A stretch of DNA of 64,000 nt from Candidatus Bathyarchaeota archaeon. Lineage in GTDB: Archaea > Thermoproteota > Bathyarchaeia > Bathyarchaeales > Bathycorpusculaceae. The stretch spans positions 9,909-73,908 of the forward strand of contig CAVZKL010000019.1 of the NCBI GenBank assembly GCA_963775895.1. The letters are read 5' to 3'. A model generated the notes under the pieces. That model had not been told where the DNA came from, made no database searches, and saw nothing but the letters and a program-made list of their open reading frames with translations. The translations under genes and the position numbers were made by a program. Positions 44,463 through 54,372 of the stretch are shown in pieces; within the stretch, counting starts at the first letter, position 1, and each line of letters starts with the position of its first letter.

Positions 44463-44714
44463 GCTTTGCCCCCTTCGGTAACTTGTGCCTGTCTCTCATG
44501 TCACTAGGCCTCTGCTGCACTATATTTTTGCCTGTTCTTTTTGTTTCAAAGAACGTATATTCTTGACTTTTCTCTCAAACTGCAATTCTTCCTCCGTGTG
44601 TTTCATTGGAATGGGATGTCACTTTTCTAAAGTTAGTGTCTGAATGATGAGTTGGACTATTGATTTTCGTTTCACAATTCTTTAGAATCCAGAGCGGGAC
44701 TCTGACATGCAGGG

Positions 44715-44900
44715 ATGACTATGAAGAAAGATGGTCCCAGACGCGCTCGTGCCAAGGAAAGACTGAGAACGTGCAGCTACTGCAAAGGTACTGGTCGTGA
44801 TCTTGCACGGTCGCTTTGGGGTGAATTCATATGCCCCGTCTGTGGTGGAACGGGGAAGTTGAAGAAGGCTTTGGAGACAGAAAGCGCAATCTCCAAGTGA
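44715..44900 (+). CDS. Small DnaJ-type CxxCxGxG zinc-finger protein
   Basis: CSYCKGTG ... CPVCGGTG. Confidence 0.65.
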   Translation: MTMKKDGPRRARAKERLRTCSYCKGTGRDLARSLWGEFICPVCGGTGKLKKALETESAISK

Positions 44901-44942
44901 TCACGAAACGAGCTAACGCGACTTGTCCTGGCCTGAGGGCTT

Positions 44943-45224
44943 TCAGGTATCGGCTGGCTTGAAAAGTATGAATGTGTGGCCTCTGACTTCTACCAGTGTT
45001 GCTCGCGTCTGCTCGGCCACGGTTGCTGTGATCTGTTTCGTCTCTTGCTCTGAGAGAGCGCTCTTCAAGATCTTGCATTTTACGTACTTGTTTCTGTTCA
45101 GTTGTTTTCCGATCTCTTTCACTATTTCTGGAGAGGCTCCACTCTTGCCAATCCATACTGTTGGTTTTTCTTCTCCGAATTTTCTTTTGATGAATCTTTT
45201 CTTTCCAGGCGTCATTTTGCTCAT
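44943..45224 (-). CDS. yhbY: YhbY/CRM RNA-binding protein
   Basis: KPTVWIGKSG, VKCKIL, VEVRGHTFILF; ATGA overlap with rnp4. Confidence 0.9.
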   Translation of the reverse strand: MSKMTPGKKRFIKRKFGEEKPTVWIGKSGASPEIVKEIGKQLNRNKYVKCKILKSALSEQETKQITATVAEQTRATLVEVRGHTFILFKPADT

Positions 45225-45556
45225 GTTATTTTTTTCTCCTGCCTTCTTGCCGTGGGTATTCTCGTGTGTCCGCCACATTTCAGACAGGTGATTACTACGT
45301 GTGGCTCACGTCTCTGTTGCAATCGTACCTTGCAGTTTACGCCGGGTAAGATAAAGCTCTTGCAGTGTTTGCAGATTTGTCGCTTGTATTCGGGCGGTAA
45401 GCAGATTTTAGCGGCCATGGCTATTCTTCTTGCGGTGTCCGCATAACGTTGCGCTAGGTCTGGGTTTTCATGCAACGTCTTGTGTGCCAATTCGAAGAGT
45501 GTCCGTATTCTCTGCTTGGCTATTCGTCTGGTATCCGTATCCACGGTGATTCCCAT
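45221..45556 (-). CDS. rnp4: Ribonuclease P protein component 4 (Rpp21)
   Basis: IAKQRI..LF, ICKHCKSFILPG, VITCLKCG. Confidence 0.93.
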   Translation of the reverse strand: MGITVDTDTRRIAKQRIRTLFELAHKTLHENPDLAQRYADTARRIAMAAKICLPPEYKRQICKHCKSFILPGVNCKVRLQQRREPHVVITCLKCGGHTRIPTARRQEKKIT

Positions 45557-45727
45557 TCTGCTGTGCTGCGATCTTTGGCATTAGTGAACAGGTATTTGCA
45601 ATGTAAAGCTTGTGACGGCAGAGTTTTTCAGATTCTGTCATGTTTTTAGGTTTTCTCTAATGCGTGTTTTTCTTTATGCGTCTTTCTTGAGTAGGTGTGA
45701 ACCTGCGTTTTTTCTTAGGTTGTTGAT

Positions 45728-46957
45728 GTGGTTCAGTTTTGTCATACGCAAGGCAAATATAAACTTGCATGGTTTCTGATTAACTGGGTCGTGGAGGAGA
45801 TCGCGCGCGGAAAGATCTGCAACATCGGCTACATAAACAGAATCAGAGATAACCTTCTAAATGTTCGAAAGAAGGAGCTGTCGCAGCTTTATGAAAACCT
45901 GAAGGCTGCTGACTGTGTCGTCTGCGGAGGCTCGGGACGGTCGTTGTATTCCTTGAACGCGGCCATGAGTCAGATTGCGATCAGTCAGATAGGCTGGAGA
46001 AACAAAGTTGTTGTGACTCCGGACGATCCAGGCTTTCCTGGAAAAAACATGTATGACGCTGCTGCGGAGTTGGAAAGACGTTACAACAGGATTCTGCTTC
46101 TGGTGAATTCTGGAAGTGGCGTGTCCTGGGATCCCTTGGTTTTGGCAGAAGATCTTTCAAAGTATGTTGAAGACAACAAGTCCTCCAAGTTTTCCATGGG
46201 GCTGATCACTTCAAACATGAACTCGCCTTTGGCGAAAGTGGTTGGCAAACACGGAAGTGTAGTCGAGTTGCGAGGACGGGGCAGGTCGAAGCCGTCGCTT
46301 GATTACAGCGAAATAGGAATAATGGGAGACATTTTCGAGCTGGGAAGTCTCCTTCTCCTTTCAATGATGACCGAGGCTATTTTCCGGAACCTAGAGGCGG
46401 GCGAAATAATTAGACTCTGCGACGAGGAATTCGAAAAGCTTTGTCCCATGATTGATTCCATCGTGGAATCCGACGTTTACTCAAGTCTCGTAGACGTTTT
46501 GGAGAAGCGGACAAGCGTTTTTCTGGGTGGGAAAGGTACAGCCGGCGAAATAGTGAAAATGGCTGCGATTCGGCTCTTCCACATCAAGAGCACTCTTGGA
46601 GACAGCGTGCACATTGCCAGGGGTGTTAACACGCCGGCGCCGAGGCCGGGAGACCTCGAGATTCTGATGTCATTTTCGGGTGAGACAAAATCTGTCATAG
46701 CTTGGTGTGAGACTCTGAAGACAATGAATGGCACGATATTATCGATCACGGGAGTAAAAAAATCGACGCTGAGTGACAAGTCAGACCTTCACATAACGCT
46801 AGAGGAGGAAGTGAAAGCGGGGCAACCTAGGAGGTTTTACATGCGAGCAGCGTTTGTTCTAAGTCCTTTGCCCGTGAAATTGGTTGAGAGGCTGGGTGAA
46901 AAAGGGTTAACATTGCCGGAGTACATACTCCATTGGCACCATTCATTGACTGAATAA
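45728..46957 (+). CDS. Tandem SIS-domain phosphosugar isomerase-like protein (start probably GTG ~45791)
   Basis: GGSGRS...VNSGSG and GGKGTA...SFSGETKS: two HxlB/PHI-like SIS halves. Confidence 0.7.
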   Translation: MVQFCHTQGKYKLAWFLINWVVEEIARGKICNIGYINRIRDNLLNVRKKELSQLYENLKAADCVVCGGSGRSLYSLNAAMSQIAISQIGWRNKVVVTPDDPGFPGKNMYDAAAELERRYNRILLLVNSGSGVSWDPLVLAEDLSKYVEDNKSSKFSMGLITSNMNSPLAKVVGKHGSVVELRGRGRSKPSLDYSEIGIMGDIFELGSLLLLSMMTEAIFRNLEAGEIIRLCDEEFEKLCPMIDSIVESDVYSSLVDVLEKRTSVFLGGKGTAGEIVKMAAIRLFHIKSTLGDSVHIARGVNTPAPRPGDLEILMSFSGETKSVIAWCETLKTMNGTILSITGVKKSTLSDKSDLHITLEEEVKAGQPRRFYMRAAFVLSPLPVKLVERLGEKGLTLPEYILHWHHSLTE

Positions 46958-47030
46958 CACTGTTCTCTTTGGCTGCTAGAGCTGTGCATTGCAGTTTCTT
47001 TCAGTTTATCTACACGCGCGCATCCATGCA

Positions 47031-47747
47031 TCACGTTAAGGAGCTGATTCTTTCTGAAAGTACTTTCCGGACAAGCCTTTTAGAACGAAACCTCACGGCA
47101 AATACTGTTGTCAGAGTCACGAGGAACAGTACAGGTAGAATCATGAACGACGGAAACTCCGGCACAGCTTGATCCACGACTTCAATTCGAATGACCTCCT
47201 TAACCCAGTAGGCCGAGTCTGTGACCAAACCTTCAGGACCTACGATAGCGAGTCTCAGCGGTCCATCACCTGAAGCCAAGTTCTGTCCGTTAAAATAGTA
47301 AGCGAGGATCGGCGTCAATGACTGGTTGTGTGGTGTCGGTTGGCCCGTCGTGTTGTCGTAGGTGGTGAAATTGCCATAAACCTGAGAATAAGTGAGGGTT
47401 AGGGTATAGTTGTCGGCAGCTAGGAACTTGACAACGCTCGTGTTATTCAAGGCTTCAACTAGAGTGCAGAGCGTGGTCAAAGGCACACCAGTGTAATTTC
47501 CCACACCCTTGATGGCGGGGTATGCAGTCTTGTATCCTCCATAACCGCTGTAAGTTTGCAATCCACCGATGCCTGTTTCATTCAGAATAATAGTGGTGCC
47601 ATTGCCAACGATGGCAACACTCATTGGCGGAAGCGGTGCAACAGTGGTGTTGGCGTCACATCGCCACACGGGCTGCAAAAATGAGAAAGTGACTAGCAGG
47701 ACTGAAGCTGACAACAAAAGAAAGAGAAGCTTTCGACGCACATTCAT
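47031..47747 (-). CDS. Exported molybdopterin-oxidoreductase-fold protein with PEF-CTERM-like anchor
   Basis: Signal peptide; YTGVPL, AADNY, ILAYYFNGQNL...GPLRL, WVKEV; C-terminal VPEFP + TM + basic tail. Confidence 0.7.
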   Translation of the reverse strand: MNVRRKLLFLLLSASVLLVTFSFLQPVWRCDANTTVAPLPPMSVAIVGNGTTIILNETGIGGLQTYSGYGGYKTAYPAIKGVGNYTGVPLTTLCTLVEALNNTSVVKFLAADNYTLTLTYSQVYGNFTTYDNTTGQPTPHNQSLTPILAYYFNGQNLASGDGPLRLAIVGPEGLVTDSAYWVKEVIRIEVVDQAVPEFPSFMILPVLFLVTLTTVFAVRFRSKRLVRKVLSERISSLT

Positions 47748-48014
47748 CTCGATCTTCCCTCCGTTCTCCGTTCAAATCGCTACCTGGTATACGTATAACA
47801 GTATTCCGTTAAAGGATCATGCCGAACACGATGGTTTGGTGGAGCAGAATCCTCCTGAGCCAGTCATCAAGTTAATACGTCACAGCCTTCTGAAGCTCAT
47901 CAGTGAGAGCAAATCACGATAGTCAATTGAAAGGTGCGCGTGCGTGTTAGAGAGCAAGCGCTGAATAGATAAGACATAAGAGTTTTAGAGTCTGAATACA
48001 ATTGCTGATGTAGG

Positions 48015-48518
48015 TTGAGGGTTGTTACTCTCTGCTTTATGTTACTCCTAATCCTTCTAGTCTCCAGCATTGCTTTGACTAGAGCAGCCTCTTGGAGTAA
48101 GGTAATACAATTTACAGGCTCGGCGGGACAGGATACGCCGTACTTTTCTTGCAGTCACATCGAATGGCGAATCCTATGGAGTTGGACGGTGGGTTCACAG
48201 GGTTTAACAGTCGGAATCGTTGCATATGTGTATGATAACCAAGGCGGCCTAGTAACTACCATAGCGCCATGGATAAACGGCGCTCGCTCAGGCGAAACTT
48301 ACATCCACAATCACGAAGGCACATTCTATCTGAGCATCAGCACAATAAACGTGGCAAGTTACACCTTTACAATCGAGCAAGACACCGACTCTGTTCCAGA
48401 GTTTTCGCCAGTGATTTTGTTGTTGCTTGTGATTGGACTGTCAATAGCGATGGTGACAGCAGCGAAGCAGGGGCATCTTTGCTCTCGAAGTCAAACGCGC
48501 TTTTTCGGCGCGGTATAG
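48015..48518 (+). CDS. Small exported protein with PEF-CTERM-like anchor
   Basis: Signal peptide; beta-rich core; VPEFSP + TM. Confidence 0.7.
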   Translation: MRVVTLCFMLLLILLVSSIALTRAASWSKVIQFTGSAGQDTPYFSCSHIEWRILWSWTVGSQGLTVGIVAYVYDNQGGLVTTIAPWINGARSGETYIHNHEGTFYLSISTINVASYTFTIEQDTDSVPEFSPVILLLLVIGLSIAMVTAAKQGHLCSRSQTRFFGAV

Positions 48519-48638
48519 CTCAATGTAACCGCATTTTTCACGGTAGAACACGCGGACATCGTCGCCTAGAAAAAGCTCTCCGTTTGGGACAATTTCAACG
48601 CTGTAACTGACGCTTTGAGATACTTGCCTTAGCGCGCA

Positions 48639-49355
48639 CTAGTACTCTAGTTCTCCGTTGATGAACTTTCTGGTAATTTCACTGTGGGGGTTATTGAAAA
48701 ACTCGTCGGGACCCGACCGCTCCACAATCCTTCCGTTGTAGATGTGAATTATTTCGTCAGCCAGCCTTCTTGCCTGAGCCAAATTGTGCGTAGCCATAAT
48801 AATTATTTCATCCTCTTTCTTTCTACTAGCTATAGCCCTCTCAATCATTGTAGCATTGTTTGGGTCTAGATTCGCAGTAGGTTCATCCAAAAGCAAAATC
48901 CGCGGATTAAGCAAGAACGCTCGTGCAAGGGCGATTCTCTGTTGTTCTCCACCTGAGGTTTTCCTTGCCTTTCTTTTTTCGAAATTCCTCAATCCAACAG
49001 CGTGCAATTCTTGACCTATTTTTTCTTTGATCTCACTGTCTTTTTTTCCTCTGATTTTGAGACCGTACGCCAAGTTGCCGTAAACCGACCTGTTGAACAT
49101 CACTGTTTTCTGGAAAACTAGTGTCGCGATCTGGCGCAATTTCTTTCCGCTTATGTCCTTGCCGTCGAGAAGTATGTTGCCTTTATCCCGTTCCTCCAAC
49201 CCAGCTATGACCCGGAGTAGGGTTGTCTTCCCAGCTCCATTGATTCCTATTAGTGTTATCGTTTTGCCTCCAACTACTTCCAGGTTAATGTCTTCTAGGG
49301 CTTTGATTGAGCCATAGCTTTTTTCAACGTTTTTGAGTTGGAGTCTTGTTTCCAT
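48639..49355 (-). CDS. tupC: Tungstate ABC transporter ATP-binding protein
   Basis: GINGAGKT, SGGEQQR, LLLDEPTANLDP; operon context. Confidence 0.85.
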   Translation of the reverse strand: METRLQLKNVEKSYGSIKALEDINLEVVGGKTITLIGINGAGKTTLLRVIAGLEERDKGNILLDGKDISGKKLRQIATLVFQKTVMFNRSVYGNLAYGLKIRGKKDSEIKEKIGQELHAVGLRNFEKRKARKTSGGEQQRIALARAFLLNPRILLLDEPTANLDPNNATMIERAIASRKKEDEIIIMATHNLAQARRLADEIIHIYNGRIVERSGPDEFFNNPHSEITRKFINGELEY

Positions 49356-49400
49356 TGCCTCAGTCTTCTCCTGTGGTTAGTCTCGTGGCATACGCCCTAC

Positions 49401-50129
49401 TCAAGATCCATTCCTTCTTCCAAGAAAGCTTTCTTCTTGTCTCAGTCTTTCCACAAGGTTAAGCGTCAAGGTTATCGTGAACACTATTACCATGAGGATT
49501 ATTGCGTATGCCATTGCGACGTCGAACTGTCCTAGATTTGTTTCCAATGCAATGGAAGTTGTCAGCACCCTCGTTTCTTGAAAAAGATTTCCACCTATCA
49601 TCATGGCCACACCGAGCTCTCCGAAACCTCTATTGAAAGCGGCTGTTATAGCTAACACCATTGACCAAACGGTTTCTCTTATTATGACCAAGTTGGTTCT
49701 AAGATTAGATGCGCCAAGCGTCTTAGCGAGATCTCTTAACTGGACATCAGCAGCACCAAGTGCACTGCCGGTGAAGCTGACGATCAAGGGTGTAACCAAT
49801 ATAGATTGACCAATTGCTATTCCATTAACCGTGTAAAGTAGATGTAGAAAGCCGAATAGTCCTTGACGCGACATAAAGAGATACAATAACAATCCCAAGG
49901 CAACCGTGGGAACACCTATGAGCGCGCTGAAAATGCCTTTGATCAACCACTTACCTCTAAAAGAATGTAGACCCAAAACCATTGCTATAGGAATGCTCCA
50001 TAAGCAAGCTAGCAGCGTCCCAACGCCAGTGACGTATAACGACCTATAGACAGTCGCGTATACTTCATTGTTCCCACTGAAAATCAATTCCAGAGCCTTC
50101 TGGAACGCCTGAATTATTACATCTGCCAT
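49401..50129 (-). CDS. tupB: Tungstate ABC transporter permease
   Basis: GVPTVALGL, LLYT..GIAIGQ..LVTP, ELGVAMMIGGN....TRVLTTSI.LET. Confidence 0.9.
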   Translation of the reverse strand: MADVIIQAFQKALELIFSGNNEVYATVYRSLYVTGVGTLLACLWSIPIAMVLGLHSFRGKWLIKGIFSALIGVPTVALGLLLYLFMSRQGLFGFLHLLYTVNGIAIGQSILVTPLIVSFTGSALGAADVQLRDLAKTLGASNLRTNLVIIRETVWSMVLAITAAFNRGFGELGVAMMIGGNLFQETRVLTTSIALETNLGQFDVAMAYAIILMVIVFTITLTLNLVERLRQEESFLGRRNGS

Positions 50130-50198
50130 TCGAGATCACAAAGAAAAAAGAGGATTGAGTCTATGCGCGCGAGATAACTCGCGCCAGCATGCGCAAGA

Positions 50199-51472
50199 TC
50201 ACGGGTTATCCCAACTGTTTGCGTATAGGTAGCCTGCGTCGTATCGGTAAGCCGATGCACATTCGGTTGCGTTTGCAGGGAGGTAAGCGTAGCTCTGGAT
50301 CCAGCTCAACAGTGTGGCGTTGGCTCCGTTGGCTAATGGCACGAAGGGGGTGAAAAGTGGTGCTCCGAACGTTGACGTCCCATAGTTGGCTAACAGGTTT
50401 TGGCCTTCGTCAGAAACCAAGTAGTGTATGAATAGCATTGAAGCGGCAAAGTTCGTTTGCGTGAGATTAGCGTTCAGTGGATTGTCTGCTATCATGCTGT
50501 AAACGTTCAACAGGTCCTGGCTGGCTTGAACCACAATTTTCATTTGAATGTTCCCGTTTTTGGTGTTGGTCAAATATGAAGCCGTGTCCGACAGTGTGTA
50601 TCCGCCTAGTTGGTTGGCCACAAGTAACGTGGCGGTCATGCCTTGTCCTGTCTCCTTGTACCATGATGTTTCTGTTCTTATCTGCGTCCAGTTTATGCCT
50701 GCCTTAGCCCACAAGGTCTTTTCTTTTGCGTTAGTTCCTGATCCGTCGCCTCTTGATACCCATATGGCTTGACCTTGTTCTCCGAGTGTTTTGATCTGTT
50801 TTAGTGCGTCCAACGGTGTCATGCCAGTTACGTTGGCGGGATCGTTTTGGGGTCCTACGATTATGAAGAAGTTGGATGCTATGATCTTGCGGTTCACGCC
50901 ATATCCGTTAACCATGAATGTGTTTTCCTGAACCGGATCGTGGACCATTATCATGTCTGCGTCACCTCTCATGGCTGTCTGTATGGCAGCGCCAGTTCCT
51001 TGCGAAAGAAAATTAATGGTTATCCAAGGGAACTTTGCCTGAAACACCGTTTTCATCTGATCTTCCACTCCTGTTTCGTAGAGGCTGGTCGTTGACGAAA
51101 CTATTAGCGTAGTGGGTGATGGCGGTGAACCTGTCCATCCAAACTTATTTACATCAATCGCGATATCCCTCATGTTTATCCGGCTGTCGTTGTTTATGTC
51201 GTATTCCGGGTTCCAATTGGGTGTCCCTGGTTGGGCGTTGAAGACACTGACAAGTGTGGCTATGTCTTTCATGTTCACTTTGAGGTCGAGGTTGACGTCT
51301 TCTCTTATCGTCCAGTTAAGCCAGTCAGGCTCAGGATACAATCGGTCTGGTTGACCACGCTGCTGCTTATTCCCGTCAAGGCGTTTACATTCGATACCTG
51401 ATAGAAAAAGGTTAGCAGTAAAGGCAACACGCAGATACTGAGAATCAGTATTTTCTTCAATCTTCGACTCAA
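50199..51472 (-). CDS. tupA: Tungstate-binding protein TupA with N-terminal dockerin; signal peptide lies in another frame (frameshift ~51340)
   Basis: STTSLYETG, GTGAA....RGDAD..MVH, SRGDGSGTNAKE, GQGM, YTLSD; TTG-start SRRLKKILILSICVLPLLLTFF signal peptide. Confidence 0.88.
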
Positions 51473-51733
51473 TTCCGGGCATCTCCTTATCAATGGGTCA
51501 ATGCGTATGGCAGACAGAGGATCGATATGCATTTAAAAACATTTCGGCGATTGAAACGAAGATCACCGCCGCGCGAGCCATCGTTCCGTCAGTCGATCTA
51601 TTGACACGATTTATCCTTGCGTTGCTGCTAGGTTGAAGGAGAAATTTGGTGACCTCTATCAGAAAGTCTGAAAAAAGCTTCTTGGAGGAAACGAAGATAA
51701 AGACATTGAGAAATATGATTCTGCAGTTGTGAA

Positions 51734-53074
51734 CTACCTTTTCTTCAACATACTGCAGAAAGAGCGCGCGCTGCTTTTTGCGCAGAGCTTCAGGGCTGAA
51801 TCTCCGCTGCTTGGCGGACGCGTTGTTCTCCTCTTTCTTAAGAGAAATCCAAAAATCAAAATGAGTGCGGCCAGCATTGTTGCCAAAAGCACCTTTAAGA
51901 GTAGAAGGGGGTCCCCCGGCGGGCTTCCAACCGTTATCGTGAACGTTTTCAAACTGCTTATTCCTTCATCGTTGGTTACATTAAGCATCACATAGTACGT
52001 TCCTCCTTTGCCGTACGAGTGTGACACGACTTGTCCGGTTCCGTTTGCTCCGTCGCCGAAACTCCATTCATACGAGACTATTCTTCCAACGTCAACGGAT
52101 TTACTTGCGTCAAAAGTCACGTTTTGTCCAACGTCAACCGCTGCCGGATAGTATACGATGGGTTCCGGGACGCGGTGAAATTCTGCGCCTGATATGCTCA
52201 CGGTGTGAAAGCCTTCCTCAAGAGCCAGGTACACGTACGAGCTTGTGTTGGTGTCAGCTTCAATCGCGCTGAAGGTCTTTCCGTCCAGGGTGACGTTGTA
52301 CGGTCTGCTGAGAAAGTCTTGTTGCAGGATCAGATCGGTGAAACCCGACGTTCCTTCTGGAACAGTAACATTCAAGTTCAATGCTTTCTGGGAAGGGTCA
52401 AATGAAGAGGCTGTAATTGAAGCGTTTGTGAACGCTCTGACTTCGAAAGTTCTGTTTCCGTAGGACAACTCCAACGTCTGTAGTGAAGGAGTTGGCGTCG
52501 GCATTGGGCCGTAGTCAGGCACGTCGGCCGTGTCGCTGTATCCCGAACTCTCCCATTGTCCCTTGTAATCAGTCGTGACGACTTCTATTGTTTCAACGCC
52601 GCTAGCCCATTTGTAACCATACTTGCCCGGGACAGCCAGTCTGTTAGGACCTGCCGGGCCGTAAGTCAGTTGCGGGAGGCTTGTTCCGTTTGCTTCTAGA
52701 GCCAGAATTGTCGTGGGTTTTAAAGCGTCTTCTACGAGGAGGTCTGAAGAATAGCCGTCTGAACAATGCGTGACAATCTTGTAGGCTTCGGGTTTGATTT
52801 GAGCCAAAGTCAGTAGATAGAAGAGTGGTATTCCAGTCCAGTTGTAAGTAACGTCTGGAGAACCTGTGACGCATCTTAGTTCGGCTACCTCTGAAACCAT
52901 GGGTAAAGAAACCAGTTCAGCATAGGTCAAGTTCAAGGGAGTGCTCACAGATCCGTATATCTCCAACGCGACAGGTGTTTGAAGGGCAACGGTTGCCTTC
53001 GACGCGGGCAGAAAAGTAACCAGAGCAAAGATCAACAACAAGGCCAAAGAAGCCGTTCTTAGGGTTTTGCGCAT
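51734..53074 (-). CDS. Exported sulfite-oxidase-family (Oxidored_molyb) domain + PKD domain + C-terminal TM anchor
   Basis: LRCVTG (Mo-ligand Cys), WTGIPL, DGYS, RLAVPGKYGYKW; PKD FDASKS..YEWSFGDG..SHSY. Confidence 0.85.
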   Translation of the reverse strand: MRKTLRTASLALLLIFALVTFLPASKATVALQTPVALEIYGSVSTPLNLTYAELVSLPMVSEVAELRCVTGSPDVTYNWTGIPLFYLLTLAQIKPEAYKIVTHCSDGYSSDLLVEDALKPTTILALEANGTSLPQLTYGPAGPNRLAVPGKYGYKWASGVETIEVVTTDYKGQWESSGYSDTADVPDYGPMPTPTPSLQTLELSYGNRTFEVRAFTNASITASSFDPSQKALNLNVTVPEGTSGFTDLILQQDFLSRPYNVTLDGKTFSAIEADTNTSSYVYLALEEGFHTVSISGAEFHRVPEPIVYYPAAVDVGQNVTFDASKSVDVGRIVSYEWSFGDGANGTGQVVSHSYGKGGTYYVMLNVTNDEGISSLKTFTITVGSPPGDPLLLLKVLLATMLAALILIFGFLLRKRRTTRPPSSGDSALKLCAKSSARSFCSMLKKR

Positions 53075-53117
53075 GTTTTTCAACCCCCTATATAGCGCGC
53101 TGTGCCTTCTGAACAGG

Positions 53118-53363
53118 CTAACCAGAGCCTCTGTTTTCCGCTTCGTCCAAGGCTTCCTTACGTTGCCAAGCAGCATCCGTCTTGCCTGAAGAGTCTTCAC
53201 GTCGATGTAAACCAAGTACAGGATTATCCGTTTCCTCAGTGCCTTCAACTCGAGACGGTCTCAAACCCCAGCAGGTTAATTGCTGGGCTTGCCCAACCGC
53301 AACCAAAGCAAACGGCAACGTTGCAACACTCATTGCGACGAGGAGAAGCTTCCACAACTTCAT
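53118..53363 (-). CDS. Short signal-peptide-bearing ORF, possibly a gene fragment
   Basis: MKLWKLLLVAMSVATLPFALVAVGQA; TTTAAATA box upstream. Confidence 0.35.
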   Translation of the reverse strand: MKLWKLLLVAMSVATLPFALVAVGQAQQLTCWGLRPSRVEGTEETDNPVLGLHRREDSSGKTDAAWQRKEALDEAENRGSG

Positions 53364-53718
53364 GCTTCTTAATCACTCAAAACGAACCAGCCATGTTCAA
53401 TTATTTAAACCCTGTTAAAAGAAACACGAATCCGATGCGCCCGCAGATCCGAGCAGATCTCGCGAGTTCTTGTGTCTTCCAGGATCTTTTGGGTTTCGCT
53501 TTCTGTTGGGTTATGGACTGGTTGCAGTGCGAAGAAATGTTGGGGATTGCGAATGGATAGTGGTCAAAATGGCGCGCCTAAAATTATTCGCTGAAAAAAA
53601 GCTTATTGTGTACCTCCCCTCCTCGGTTTCAATGTATCATGAATATTAGGATCCAAATATGCACGGATGCGATTTGTTTTTCTGCCTTTTTGCGGCACAC
53701 GCTCTTTTTCACTGTATA

Positions 53719-53785
53719 AGTGCGGGGAGTGGGACTTGAACCCCAACAGAAGTGGCGACGTCTCCCGCAAATCCCCCTTTTTTCT
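53719..53785. repeat. tRNA-3'-end-containing structured repeat, copy 1
   Basis: AGTGCGGGGAGTGGGACTTGAACCCCAACAGAAGTGGCGACGTCTCCCGCAAATCCCCCTTTTTTCT. Confidence 0.92.
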
Positions 53786-54021
53786 CTCTGCATCTACGTA
53801 TTCGGGTCACTTGACGCTAACGTGCTCAGCCTATCGTCAAATTGGTGCTCTTTAACTGGCATCCGCGCGCTTGATCGCCCTCTTCCAAGACCAAGTCTAA
53901 TCCTCCTGTGTTGTACTATCTCTTGCGGCGCTTTATTGGTGAGGATACGATGGCAACACGAAAATTCACTTATCTTGAAGTTGTACCTGCGATTTCTGTA
54001 CAAAAGAGTGCATGCGCGCGC

Positions 54022-54372
54022 CTAGAACTCTAGTGTTTTCCGAATCTTCTCAAGGTTCTCTTTGGCTGCGGGCTCCTCGTTCGACAGGAACTGTTTCAAC
54101 ATGTCGCATGAGTAATTGCTGCAGTGGGCACAGGTTCTGACTTTCTTTTCTGTGGCGCAGGGTCTTATCTTGCAGAGCTTTCGGCACCAACCAGAAATTA
54201 TGTCGGACTTGCATCCGTTACAGTCAACGTCTTCTGGTTTGAACTTAATCTCGCCTTGATCAGACCAGTGTTTGGCTATCTGTCTTTTCCACTCAATGTC
54301 TTTCGTTTGAGTCGCTTTGAATGCTTTACATTCTTTGCAGTCCAATCCACAATAGGCAATCATTTCAGACAT
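54022..54372 (-). CDS. DUF3795-family Cys-rich protein
   Basis: IAYCGLDC..C, CNGC, C.IRPC...K...CAHC..YSC. Confidence 0.85.
   Translation of the reverse strand: MSEMIAYCGLDCKECKAFKATQTKDIEWKRQIAKHWSDQGEIKFKPEDVDCNGCKSDIISGWCRKLCKIRPCATEKKVRTCAHCSNYSCDMLKQFLSNEEPAAKENLEKIRKTLEF

Noticed and set aside
51521-51551. ModE-like operator upstream of tupA (ATCGATATGC…CGGCGAT)
   Set aside because: Only one half resembles the ModE consensus, the spacing is off, and it overlaps an ordinary TATA box.
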